Shown here: one piece after another, positions 1 to 9,272 of the stretch | Layout of the letters: every line of letters begins with the position of its first letter | Position numbering within the stretch: the stretch's first letter is position 1 | Source: Desulfatiglandales bacterium | GTDB lineage: Bacteria > Desulfobacterota > DSM-4660 > Desulfatiglandales > Desulfatiglandaceae | Direction of reading: 5' to 3' | Length of the DNA stretch: 64,000 bases | NCBI GenBank assembly: GCA_963662465.1 | Contig: OY759599.1 | Span: 5,696,001-5,760,000 of the forward strand | Made by a program: the position numbers and the translations under genes | The notes under the pieces: model-generated | Told to the model about the DNA's origin: nothing | The model's input: only the letters and a program-made list of their open reading frames with translations | The model's database searches: none

Positions 1-903
1 CTCAACGGAAAGATCAAAGGCGCTCCCCAGAATATTTTTTCCCAGAAGCCCCAGATCCTCGGCCTGTTCGATGGCCCGGGTCACCATTTTGACGGCAATG
101 GGATATTCCGCCCTCACATAAACCATGGCCTTTTGCGCCCCCACCGCATGGGCACAAATCATGATCCCTTCCAACACCTGGTGGGGATTGCTTTCCAGAA
201 TGGTGCGGTCCATATAGGCCCCGGGATCTCCCTCGTCGGCATTGCAGATAACGGTTTTTTCCGATCCTTCCGATCTTGCCGCCAGTTCCCATTTAAGCCC
301 CGTGGGAAAACCCGCCCCGCCGCGGCCCCGCAAACCAGCCGCCTTGATTTCCCCAATGATCGCTTCAGGGGATAATGCAAGGGTCTTGACCAGAGCGCCA
401 TACCCCCCATGGGCCACGTAATCCTGAATCTCTTCGGGATCCACCCGCCCGCATTTTTCCATGACCCGCCGTGTTTCCATGCTGAACCGCGGAAAATCCC
501 AAACCTGGGGGATCATATCGTTTTCCACCATGGCGCCCATGAGGTATTCAAAGAGGGGGTCCCCATTTTCGAGATAAGATTTCACCAGCATTCGGGCTTT
601 TCCAGGAGTGACCCGGTGATACAGAATCGCGGGGAAACCGGGATTTTCAATGATCACCACCGGTTCCGCATAGCAGTGTCCGATGCAGCCCACGGGATGG
701 ATGCGAGCCTCGATGTTCCGTTCCGCCAGGACCTCCAGGAAGGCGGCACGGGTCTCCAGGGCCCCTGAGGCAATGCCGCAGGTAGCCATGCCGATGTGAA
801 TGACGGGGGTTGAAGCATCCTCCAGCGCTTCCCGATATTTCAGGGCTTTTTCGCGGATGGGGGCAAAGGCGTGTTCCGGATTCGCTCTATTGATGGGATC
901 CAT
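1..903 (-). CDS. nuoF: NuoF/HydB-like NADH-binding flavoprotein subunit with N-terminal thioredoxin-like [2Fe-2S] domain (runs off window start)
   Basis: Not in the ORF track; translated by hand from ATG at 903: MDPINRANP...GMATCGIASGA...GCIGHCYAEP...GLRGRGGAGFPTGLKW...CNADEGDPGAYMDRTILESNPHQVLEG. These are NuoF signature motifs. The start overlaps the nuoE-like stop. Confidence 0.93.
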   Translation of the reverse strand, partial: MDPINRANPEHAFAPIREKALKYREALEDASTPVIHIGMATCGIASGALETRAAFLEVLAERNIEARIHPVGCIGHCYAEPVVIIENPGFPAILYHRVTPGKARMLVKSYLENGDPLFEYLMGAMVENDMIPQVWDFPRFSMETRRVMEKCGRVDPEEIQDYVAHGGYGALVKTLALSPEAIIGEIKAAGLRGRGGAGFPTGLKWELAARSEGSEKTVICNADEGDPGAYMDRTILESNPHQVLEGIMICAHAVGAQKAMVYVRAEYPIAVKMVTRAIEQAEDLGLLGKNILGSAFDLSVE

Positions 904-1420
904 TTGCCTGCTTTTCTCGCTCCTTTTTTTCCTTTTCGATTTGAAATCCCAGAATAAGCCCTTCCACCTTGCTGGGCGCCACATGGCCATAGGCCGTTTC
1001 ATCCACAATGACCACCGGCGCCAGAGCGCAGCACCCCACACAGGCCACCCGTTCAATGCTGAATTCCCGGTCCGGGGTGGTTTCCCCATGGCCGATGCCC
1101 AGTTTTCGCTCAAAGTTCTCGAGAATGATATCGCCGCCCCGCACGTGGCAGGCCGTGCCCAGGCACACCTTCATGTGATGTTTTCCCGGCGGGTGAAACC
1201 GGAACTGGTTGTAGAAAGTCGCCACCCCATATACTTCGCACACGGCCAGTTCCAGGGCATCGGCCACCATTTGAAGCGCCTCGGTCGACAGAAAGGCGTG
1301 CCGTTCCTGGATCATCTGAAGCATGGGGATCAGGTTTTTCCGGTCCTTTTCAAACCCTTGAAGCAAGACCGCGATATCCTCCAGCATGGCCGCTTCTTGA
1401 GCGCGAATATCGTCATCCAC
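887..1420 (-). CDS. nuoE: NuoE/HydC-like [2Fe-2S] subunit
   Basis: Motifs VYGVATFYNQF, CLGTACHVRG and CVGCCALAPV. Start placed at GTG 1420 behind an AAGGAGA RBS; the track extension to 1534 overlaps the upstream gene. Confidence 0.92.
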   Translation of the reverse strand: MDDDIRAQEAAMLEDIAVLLQGFEKDRKNLIPMLQMIQERHAFLSTEALQMVADALELAVCEVYGVATFYNQFRFHPPGKHHMKVCLGTACHVRGGDIILENFERKLGIGHGETTPDREFSIERVACVGCCALAPVVIVDETAYGHVAPSKVEGLILGFQIEKEKKEREKQANGSHQ

Positions 1421-1445
1421 AAGGATCTCCTTGAATGGTTTGCAT

Positions 1446-1913
1446 TTAAATCTTTTCCATGGCGCCCAACGCCCCTCGGATTCGGTCCCGAAGCAGAAAA
1501 CAGAGACTTTCAAGAAGGCTGAATCCCAGGTCATGATTGTCGGTCATCATTTCTCTCAATTCCGCACCCTTGATGTACACCACCGTGGTGGATTTCCGGC
1601 AAACGGCCGAACTCATGAGATTGTGGGGCTGGCCCAGCAGCGTCGACCAACACCCCATGGCCCGCCCTTTTCCCAGAATGCCGATCACGGCGTTTCCCTT
1701 GCGTGTTCTCAGATCTATGGATCGTTCAAGGGACACATGGCCTTCGGCGATGACGTAAAGGTACTCTCCAAAATCCCCTTGAGAGAAAACATAGTCCCCA
1801 GGTTCATAATTTCGCACCCGGCAAAGGCCGACGATGCTATCAATGTAGGATTTTCCCAATTCCTTGAAAAACTCACAGCCCTCCAGAATTTGGGCAATTT
1901 CACTGCGATCCAT
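1446..1913 (-). CDS. Stand-alone cyclic nucleotide-binding (cNMP/Crp-type) domain protein
   Basis: 155 aa. YEPGDYVFSQGDFGEYLYVIAEGHV is a typical cNMP-domain beta-roll; no C-terminal HTH is present. Confidence 0.85.
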   Translation of the reverse strand: MDRSEIAQILEGCEFFKELGKSYIDSIVGLCRVRNYEPGDYVFSQGDFGEYLYVIAEGHVSLERSIDLRTRKGNAVIGILGKGRAMGCWSTLLGQPHNLMSSAVCRKSTTVVYIKGAELREMMTDNHDLGFSLLESLCFLLRDRIRGALGAMEKI

Positions 1914-1940
1914 AGGGTTATCTCCTTAATTTTCCGGTTC

Positions 1941-3809
1941 TCAGTAATCCACCGAAGGAAAAAGCCTGCTATCCGTGTGGGGCAGAAAAAGGGCAGCGAT
2001 ATACTCATCGGTAAAGGGCAGATGGGTAGACAACTCGATGTTGGTCATGGACCTTGAAATATTCATACAGGTTTCAAAAGCGCTTTCCGAGAGAAGACAG
2101 GCCCGAGCGCCCGTCAGCGAGCTGTTGCCGATGAATTTTATTTTTTCCAATGGAATATCGGGGAGAAGGCCGATGGCCACCGACTTTGGAATATTGAGAA
2201 AACTACCGAACCCCCCCGCCACATACAGGGTGTCGAGCATGTCAAATCCAAGCCCGATATAATCGATGAGGGATTTAATGGCCGCAAACACCGCACCCTT
2301 GCTCTTGATGAGGTTGTCGATATCCGACTCGGTAATGACCACGGCCGCGCCGGTTTCGGTTTCATGGGCATGAGCAATGATGTATTCGGGAATGCCGTCC
2401 TCAAAATCCAGCCGGGCGTCTTCCCGCTTCCGGTGAAATTTACCGTCCTGACCAATAATTTTATTTCTGACCAACTCATAAATGCAGTCGATGAGTCCGG
2501 AACCGCAGATCCCTCGAGGCTTTTTGCCGCCGATGACCTCGTAATGGAGTTCACCGTCTTTGATTTCCACCTTTTCAATGGCGCCGTCCGTGGCGCGCAT
2601 ACCGCAGCGGGTCCCCCCCCCTTCAAAGGCGGGACCCGCCGAAGCGGAGCAGCACACCAGCCAGTCTTTATTGCCGATGGCAATTTCACCGTTGGTGCCG
2701 ATGTCGATGAGGCACTTGACCTCTTCATACTCCGATATGCCGCTGGCCAGAACCCCCGCAACAATGTCGCCCCCCACATAGGAGGCCACGCAGGGCATGG
2801 TTTCCAGTATGCCCCGGGGGTTGATGCGAATGCCGATCTCAGAGGCCCGAATCTGGGGAAATTCATCGGCGGTGGGCACATAGGGGGCCAGCCGAATGGA
2901 ACAGGGGTTCAACCCCAGGAGCAGATGGCTCATGGTGGTATTGCCCGCCGCCACAATGACGTCAATCTCTTCACGGGAAATGTTGTTTTTTTCAACCAGT
3001 TTTGAGATCAGAGTGTTGATATTTTTAACCACGGCCTGTTGAACCGGGTCCAGGCCCCCTTTGCCGCAGGCAAATATCACTCGGGAAATCACATCTTCTC
3101 CAAAGCTGGCCTGTTTATTGTGACACCCTTCCACACTCAGCACCGCGCCGGTATTCAAGTCCAGCAACTGGGCTACCACCGTTGTGGTGCCCACATCCAC
3201 GGCCAGGCCGTAATGGGACTTTGCCGTGTCAAAAGGGTCAATTCGCAGGATGCGGTAATTCTCACCATGTTTAGCCACTGTCAACGTTACTTTCCAATCG
3301 TTTTCACGCAGTTTACTGGAAAGGGTCTGCAAACAATCCAGGGGAATATCAAAGGTATGCCATCCCATCTGTTTTCGCAGTTCCCTGGATATCCGTTCTA
3401 CATCGGGCACATTGTCTTCCACGGTGGGCGGTGAAAGCGCCATGAAAATCTTTTTGACCAGCGGGTTAAGTTCAATTTCCGCGGTTTGGCTTTCCCCCCC
3501 CGTCATGATTTTGCTCGCATCCACACGGGATTCCGGTGGAATGACGATCTCCAGATCATCATGGATCTCCGTCTGGCAGGCAAGGACATACCCTTTCATC
3601 AGTTCATCCTGTGAGAAAAAACCCTTTGCATGTTCCTCGGCATCGGCACGGCCTTTTGTCACTTGAACACGACATTTGCCGCAGACCCCTTCACCACCGC
3701 AAAGATTGGTAATAAACACATCGGCTTGCTGAGCCGCTTCCGCAATGGTTGCGCCGTCCGTCACTTCAACGGACTGATCCGCGGGCAAAAAGTGAATGGT
3801 ATAGGTCAT
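1941..3809 (-). CDS. RACo/AcsV-type ATP-dependent reductive activator of corrinoid proteins (2Fe-2S + ASKHA domains)
   Basis: N-terminal CGGEGVCGKC...LACQ ferredoxin. ASKHA motifs DVGTTTV, DIGTNGE, SAGPAFEG, GICGSG and AGGFG. Confidence 0.92.
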   Translation of the reverse strand: MTYTIHFLPADQSVEVTDGATIAEAAQQADVFITNLCGGEGVCGKCRVQVTKGRADAEEHAKGFFSQDELMKGYVLACQTEIHDDLEIVIPPESRVDASKIMTGGESQTAEIELNPLVKKIFMALSPPTVEDNVPDVERISRELRKQMGWHTFDIPLDCLQTLSSKLRENDWKVTLTVAKHGENYRILRIDPFDTAKSHYGLAVDVGTTTVVAQLLDLNTGAVLSVEGCHNKQASFGEDVISRVIFACGKGGLDPVQQAVVKNINTLISKLVEKNNISREEIDVIVAAGNTTMSHLLLGLNPCSIRLAPYVPTADEFPQIRASEIGIRINPRGILETMPCVASYVGGDIVAGVLASGISEYEEVKCLIDIGTNGEIAIGNKDWLVCCSASAGPAFEGGGTRCGMRATDGAIEKVEIKDGELHYEVIGGKKPRGICGSGLIDCIYELVRNKIIGQDGKFHRKREDARLDFEDGIPEYIIAHAHETETGAAVVITESDIDNLIKSKGAVFAAIKSLIDYIGLGFDMLDTLYVAGGFGSFLNIPKSVAIGLLPDIPLEKIKFIGNSSLTGARACLLSESAFETCMNISRSMTNIELSTHLPFTDEYIAALFLPHTDSRLFPSVDY

Positions 3810-4001
3810 GGAGTTCTCCGGTATTGTAGGCAGTTAAGGATTATATTTTAAATAATGTGCCCCTTTATATACAACAAACAAACCTTGAATGTGAAGAAAA
3901 AACAGGTATTCATTCTTCCCCCATTCCCCGTGACCTGTTTTTCAGTTAAAACCGTTATCAAATCTCCAAGGCCTGAGACCGGCAAAATTTACCGGAACCG
4001 G

Positions 4002-4030
4002 TTGACAAGAAAATCAGGTCCACGTATGGT
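4002..4030 (+). promoter_or_regulatory. Putative sigma70 promoter of mscK-like gene
   Basis: TTGACA (4002-4007), 17-nt spacer, TATGGT (4025-4030). Confidence 0.55.
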
Positions 4031-4095
4031 TCTCAAAGCGGTAAGCCGTAATTTTGAGTTTTAGGGTTTGGGTTTCAAGTTTTTGAGGAGAAAAT

Positions 4096-7000
4096 ATGTC
4101 AATGTTTTGCTTTTCTTTCCATGGAAATCGACAAAAGACGAGAATTTTGTTCGTGCTTTTGATGCTTATGCTTTTTTTCCTGACTGGAAATCCGGCGGAG
4201 TGTGGTCCAGCCGAAGCCCCGAGCCATAAAAAAACGGTTTCGGACCCCGGAGATGCGGTTCCGGAACTTACGGTGGAGGCCTTGAAAGAACGGATTCGAA
4301 TTGCCAATCAAGCGCCAATGTCCCCTGAATCCAAACAACGGATTATTTCTTTTTACCAGAAGGCCATTGATTCGCTGAAGCGCCGTGAAAAAGCCCTTGA
4401 GGACATGTCTCAATATGCCCAGGCCCTGGAAGATCTGCCCCAACCGGCTGACCTGCCGAAAGGGAAAATAAAGCCGGTTCGAGCCGCCGCCGTGGAAGAG
4501 CGGGCCAAGGCCATGGCCCTGGGGGAGATCGAGGGAGAAATAGCCAACTTGCAGATTCAACTGGCCGAAGCACAAACCCAGCTTGAACTGAAACAGGCGA
4601 AGTTGCAAGACGTCCTCAAACAACCGAACCAATTACGACAGGGTATCGCGCAATATGAATATTCCCTGGCTGAACTGCAAGCGAAACTGGCCCGCCCCAA
4701 ACCCAACGATGAATCGCCGCGCCTCATCCGCGCCAGACGCACCAGCCTTCGGGCCCAGCAGGCGGCCCTGGAAGCCCAATTGAAAGCAGCGGACCGGGAA
4801 GTCGCTCTGGCCCAAAGGGAGTTGGTGGTTACCCAGAACCAGCAGGCCCTGATTTCCCGGAAAGTCAATCGCCTGGAAGCCCTGATCAAAACCTGGGAAT
4901 CCGTCCGGGAACGCCGACAGGGCGACCTGGCCTACATTGAATTCCGGCAGGCCCAGGAGTCTCTCAGGGAGATGGGAGCGAACGATTGGCCCAAGGAGGG
5001 CGATTTCCTGCGAAAAATGGGGGACGGGAATCTAGATCTATCCAAAACCCTTATTGACCTGGATACCCGGGAACAGGAGGCGGAAAAAACCGCCAAATTA
5101 CTGGAAATCCGCGCCAACCAGACCCAAAAGGACTTTGAACTGACCCAAAGGCGCATCACCATGATGGGCCTGACCCGCAGAGCGGGTCTGTGGCTTCAGT
5201 CCCGGCGGGAAACCCTCCGGAAAAGCCGGGCGGATACCAAGGTGGCGCTCCAGCGTCGAAATGAAATTCTTCGGGTCAATCTGGCCAACGACGAATTGAT
5301 TCAGGAACGTCAAGATTACCTGGTACTGAAAAACAACATTTACGAGCAGCTGGACAAGCTGGAATCCTCCCTGACGCCCAAACAAAATGAAGCGCTGAAC
5401 ATGCAGGCCTTTCTGCTACTGGAAAGCCGACGAAAACTGCTGGAAGAAACCGGTGGGTCCTACAACAATTATCTGAAGCAACTCAACGCTCAGGAGATCG
5501 CCCAGAAAAAAATTGACCATCTATCCGGGGAATACAGGGATTTTATCAACCAGCGCCTGTTGTGGACCCAGAGCGCCGATCTCATCTCCCTTTCCGATGT
5601 AAAAGGTTCCGAACCAGTACTCCGATGGATGATCGATCCCGCCAACTGGGGAAAATTTCTGGGAGATCTGGGCCTGTCCATGGGAAGCCAGCCGGCCGTA
5701 TGGGGCCTTCTGGCGCTGGGCCTTCTGGTACTCATGCTGTTCAGACCCCGGATCACGCGCAACATCATGGCTCATGAAGGAAAAGCATCAACGGACGGCA
5801 TGGCGGGAACCCTGGCCCTCATCTCCTTGAAGCTCATCAAAACCGCGGGCATTCCTTTTGTTCTATATCTGGCGGCGCTCCATCTGTGGACCCTTCCCAT
5901 GGGAAATTACTTCACCCGGTCCGTGTGTGCGGGGCTTGCCATAACCCTGGAAGCCTATATCTTTCTCAGGTTTCTGGTGCAGCTTTGCAAAGAGAACGGC
6001 ATGGGGCAAACGTATTTTTCATGGGACCGACCGGTTTGCGCCATGCTGGTCCGCTCGGCCAGGACCCTTCTGGTCCTTTCCCTCCCGGCGCTGTTTTTTG
6101 TGGTGATGATACAGAACGGTCCTCAGGCCCAGGGGTTCCGCGGTTCATTGGGGCGAATCCTGTTTCTCTTTTCAATGATTCCGGTACTCCTGGTTTTCTG
6201 GCGAGCCCTTCGCAAATCCGGCCCCCTGGCACAAACCATTCGCCGGGGACGTCCCGACGGGTGGCTTGCCAAATATCTTCCCCTCTGGTCCGCTATTATC
6301 CTTCTCTGTCCCGTGGCCCTTATGATTTTGCCCATCGTGGGGTATTATTTCACCGCCTTTGAACTGGGATCGAGTCTCGCTGAAACAGGTTGGCTGATAC
6401 TGGTTCTGGTGATCGCGGATGCGCTTATGCGGCGGGGATTGCGGTTGGCCCAGATAAAGCTTGCCCTGAAAAAAGCCGAAATTGCACGGGAAGAAGCCGC
6501 CAGAAAAGCCCTGGAATCGGGGGATGATCCGGAAGAAAGCATTCAAGCAAAACCCATGGCCTCGGCATCAACCCTGGAGATGGAAGAAATCAACGAGCAG
6601 ACATCCCTGCTCATCCGTTCAGTGGTCATAGTGGCCGGTCTGGTGGGGGCCTGGCTCATCTGGGAGGATGTATTCCCCGCCTTCCGTTTTTTGGAAAACG
6701 TGCTACTCTGGAGCCGCGAGGTGGGTGTTGACAAAGCCGGAACCCCCATTATGGAATCCATTACCCTGCTCAACCTCATCACGGCCCTTCTTATTTTTAC
6801 CGGTACTTATATCGCCGTCAAGACGGGCACGGCCCTTCTGGAAATTCTCATGGCCAGGAGTTCCAACATTGATGCCGGCAGCCAACAATCCTTCGGCCTC
6901 ATTGGACAGTATGCCATTTTCATGGTGGGTCTGTTTGCGGGACTAAACGCCTTGGGCATCGGCTGGAAACAGTTTCAGTGGCTGGCCGCGGCCATGACCG

Positions 7001-7605
7001 TAGGGTTGAGTTTCGGACTCAAGGATATCTTTGCCAATTTCGTATCGGGCATCATCATTTTATTTGAACGGCCCATCCGCTTGGGAGATACAGTCACGGT
7101 GGCAGGCGCCACGGGCAATGTTTCCCGTATCCGCATCCGTTCCACCACCATCACAGATTGGGATCGCCGGGAGTTGATTGTCCCCAACCAGGCCTTTCTT
7201 TCCGAGAAGATCACCAACTGGTCCTTGTCGGACCGGATCAGGCGCGTGGTCATCGATGTGGGCATCGGTTACGGTTCGGACGCTAAAAAAGCCGATGCAT
7301 TGTTGCTGAAGATTGCCGGAGAAAACAAGCTGGTCTTGGACAACCCGGGCCCCAGTGTATATTTTGAAGGCTTTGGCGCCGACTCCCTGGATTTCAAGCT
7401 GCGGGTTTTTGTGTTGCTTTCAGATGCCATTAAAGTGCAGAACCAGATTCGACACGAAATCAATCAGATCTTCCAGGAAGAAGGCATCGAGATCCCCTTT
7501 GCCCAGCGGGACAACCATCTGGATACGAGCGGCGGCCCCCTGGATATTCGCCTGGTGAATGATCGCGTAGGGGCGGCTCCCCGTGGCCGCCCTGATAACG
7601 GGTAA
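4096..7605 (+). CDS. mscK: Large MscS-family mechanosensitive channel (MscK/KefA-like)
   Basis: Signal peptide, long coiled-coil periplasmic region and multiple TM helices. C-terminal MscS core: GLSFGLKDIFANFVSGIIILFERPIRLGD...IVPNQAF...IEIPFAQRD. Confidence 0.88.
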   Translation: MSMFCFSFHGNRQKTRILFVLLMLMLFFLTGNPAECGPAEAPSHKKTVSDPGDAVPELTVEALKERIRIANQAPMSPESKQRIISFYQKAIDSLKRREKALEDMSQYAQALEDLPQPADLPKGKIKPVRAAAVEERAKAMALGEIEGEIANLQIQLAEAQTQLELKQAKLQDVLKQPNQLRQGIAQYEYSLAELQAKLARPKPNDESPRLIRARRTSLRAQQAALEAQLKAADREVALAQRELVVTQNQQALISRKVNRLEALIKTWESVRERRQGDLAYIEFRQAQESLREMGANDWPKEGDFLRKMGDGNLDLSKTLIDLDTREQEAEKTAKLLEIRANQTQKDFELTQRRITMMGLTRRAGLWLQSRRETLRKSRADTKVALQRRNEILRVNLANDELIQERQDYLVLKNNIYEQLDKLESSLTPKQNEALNMQAFLLLESRRKLLEETGGSYNNYLKQLNAQEIAQKKIDHLSGEYRDFINQRLLWTQSADLISLSDVKGSEPVLRWMIDPANWGKFLGDLGLSMGSQPAVWGLLALGLLVLMLFRPRITRNIMAHEGKASTDGMAGTLALISLKLIKTAGIPFVLYLAALHLWTLPMGNYFTRSVCAGLAITLEAYIFLRFLVQLCKENGMGQTYFSWDRPVCAMLVRSARTLLVLSLPALFFVVMIQNGPQAQGFRGSLGRILFLFSMIPVLLVFWRALRKSGPLAQTIRRGRPDGWLAKYLPLWSAIILLCPVALMILPIVGYYFTAFELGSSLAETGWLILVLVIADALMRRGLRLAQIKLALKKAEIAREEAARKALESGDDPEESIQAKPMASASTLEMEEINEQTSLLIRSVVIVAGLVGAWLIWEDVFPAFRFLENVLLWSREVGVDKAGTPIMESITLLNLITALLIFTGTYIAVKTGTALLEILMARSSNIDAGSQQSFGLIGQYAIFMVGLFAGLNALGIGWKQFQWLAAAMTVGLSFGLKDIFANFVSGIIILFERPIRLGDTVTVAGATGNVSRIRIRSTTITDWDRRELIVPNQAFLSEKITNWSLSDRIRRVVIDVGIGYGSDAKKADALLLKIAGENKLVLDNPGPSVYFEGFGADSLDFKLRVFVLLSDAIKVQNQIRHEINQIFQEEGIEIPFAQRDNHLDTSGGPLDIRLVNDRVGAAPRGRPDNG

Positions 7606-7640
7606 ACGGATAAATAGGCAACCACGGGGGTTGCCCCTAC
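7567..7640. repeat. Convergent pair of GTAG-type REP palindromes overlapping the mscK 3' end
   Basis: GTAGGGGCGGCTCCCCGTGGCCGCCC (7567-7592) and, on the minus strand, GTAGGGGCAACCCCCGTGGTTGCC (7617-7640). Confidence 0.8.
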
Positions 7641-7660
7641 ATTATTTCGGGTATTTTAAC

Positions 7661-8323
7661 ATGAAAAACATATGGATCATCGGGGTCGGTCGTTTCGGGC
7701 GCATGGCGGCGGATCGGTTAACCGGAAAAACCAAAAACCTATCCCTTGTGATGGTGGACCCCGAAGAAGAAAAACTTCATGCAGCCCAAGGTCCGGGAAG
7801 AACCCTCGTCAAGGCCGATGGCGTCGGCTACCTCTTTGAGCATCTTCGGCCTGAAGGGGAACCGCTTCCCGACTGGATCATTCCAGCGGTGCCGGTTCAT
7901 CTGGCGGCGGAGTGGCAATTACTGAGACAGGGTCCTGAAAAACTGCAGCGGATTCCCGTTCCCGCTGAAGTTGACCCCCTTCTGCCCCATCCCCTGCGGG
8001 GTGAAAACGGGGATGTCTATGTGAGCCATGCGGATTTTCTCTGCCCGGACAATTGCCCGGAACCCCGCGATATCTGCACCTTCACCGGGAAACCGCGAAA
8101 ACAGAATATGTTTGAGGTTTTAACCGAAATCCCGTTTCCCCCATGGGAAAATCTGGTGATCCGCAGCCATCAACTGGGGCCCGGCATCGGCGGGTATCGG
8201 CCCCAACAGCTTTTTGACCTGGCGGCCCAGGTTGAAAAAACCCATGGTCCCATCCTGTTGAGTACGGCCTGCCGCTGCCACGGGGTTATGACGGGCCTTC
8301 AAACCGGTTCCGGGTCCGCCTGA
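7661..8323 (+). CDS. TrkA-N-like Rossmann-fold protein with Cys/His-rich C-terminus, function unknown
   Basis: ATG at 7661 gives MKNIWIIGVGRFG (GxGxxG motif). Later motifs are SHADFLCPDNCPEPRDIC and STACRCHGV. Confidence 0.7.
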   Translation: MKNIWIIGVGRFGRMAADRLTGKTKNLSLVMVDPEEEKLHAAQGPGRTLVKADGVGYLFEHLRPEGEPLPDWIIPAVPVHLAAEWQLLRQGPEKLQRIPVPAEVDPLLPHPLRGENGDVYVSHADFLCPDNCPEPRDICTFTGKPRKQNMFEVLTEIPFPPWENLVIRSHQLGPGIGGYRPQQLFDLAAQVEKTHGPILLSTACRCHGVMTGLQTGSGSA

Positions 8324-8499
8324 AATTACGCTGAAAGCACTCTTTGCCGCAATGGCGGTCACCACACTCCGCGGGACAGATGAACCCGTTGACTAAAATT
8401 GACTTGGGGACCATATTTGCATCCTTCTATCTTCAACATGCAACAATTGCAAATAGATTCGTGTACTGTTTGTAAAACTGATATTTTCAGGGGGAAAAC

Positions 8500-8838
8500 A
8501 TGTCTCATACTAAGCATCATTCACGTGATGAAGACTATCTTCGAGGCAGCGACAGTCTGCCTGCGGTAAACGGTGGGTATATAACCGTTTATTTAGAAGA
8601 TGCTGAACTTTACATTGCCAGCGTTCCATCCTTCAATTTGATGGCGGAAAAACATCGCGATAGCGTCGTTGAAAATACAGAAGAATTTATGGATAAAGAT
8701 GAGAATGAATATGTAATAAATATATGGTCTTCGAATGTTGGCGTGGATTGGGATTTAGAAATCTATCCCAAAGATGAAAAAGCTCGTTTCGCCTTGCTCA
8801 AAAGAATCAGAATTGAATATGAATCCAATCCATATTAG
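8500..8838 (+). CDS. Hypothetical acidic protein in AT-rich islet
   Basis: 112-aa ORF with a GGGGG RBS-like run upstream; clearly AT-richer than the flanking genes. Confidence 0.55.
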   Translation: MSHTKHHSRDEDYLRGSDSLPAVNGGYITVYLEDAELYIASVPSFNLMAEKHRDSVVENTEEFMDKDENEYVINIWSSNVGVDWDLEIYPKDEKARFALLKRIRIEYESNPY

Positions 8839-8846
8839 GTGAACAT

Positions 8847-9092
8847 ATGAGCAATACCATATATTTTGAGGAATATACGCAGAACATAAAGCTGATAAGA
8901 GATTCTGAAAAAACGGATTACACGCTAAAGCTATTTTTCGCAAACGTTATTACGCTAATGGAAGTATATTTATCGAAAGCTCTTGTTTCAACAGTTCATG
9001 GCAATAGAGATCTGATTATAAAAGTTAATGTCATTGACGTCGTAACTGCTTTTTTGTCTGACATTGATGCAAAATTGTGGAGTTGGTTCTAA
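8847..9092 (+). pseudogene. Short or truncated hypothetical protein, possibly a HEPN-family fragment
   Basis: 81 aa, AGGTG RBS. LFFANVITLMEVYLS resembles the N-terminal helix of some HEPN domains (from memory), but the ORF ends before any RxxxxH motif. Confidence 0.35.
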
Positions 9093-9148
9093 TTTCGCCC
9101 ACGGTTAGAAGGGGTTCAATACAAAAAAGTGATGCAAGCAGATATAAA

Positions 9149-9232
9149 GGGCGGACACATAGGTCCACCCCTACGAGCATATCGTGAATCAAAAGATGGG
9201 GGATGGGTAGAGGCAGACTTGTGCGTCTGCCC
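9149..9232. repeat. Divergent pair of GTAG-type REP palindromes
   Basis: Minus strand GTAGGGGTGGACCTATGTGTCCGCCC (9149-9174); plus strand GTAGAGGCAGACTTGTGCGTCTGCCC (9207-9232). Confidence 0.75.
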
Positions 9233-9272
9233 GGTTCGATCCAGTGAGTTTAGTCTTTGGTCCCCCCATGCG

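Noticed and set aside
1..1420. Calling the nuoE/nuoF pair respiratory complex I or a hydrogenase
   Set aside because: No membrane nuo subunits or catalytic subunit are visible in the window, so the partner enzyme cannot be assigned.
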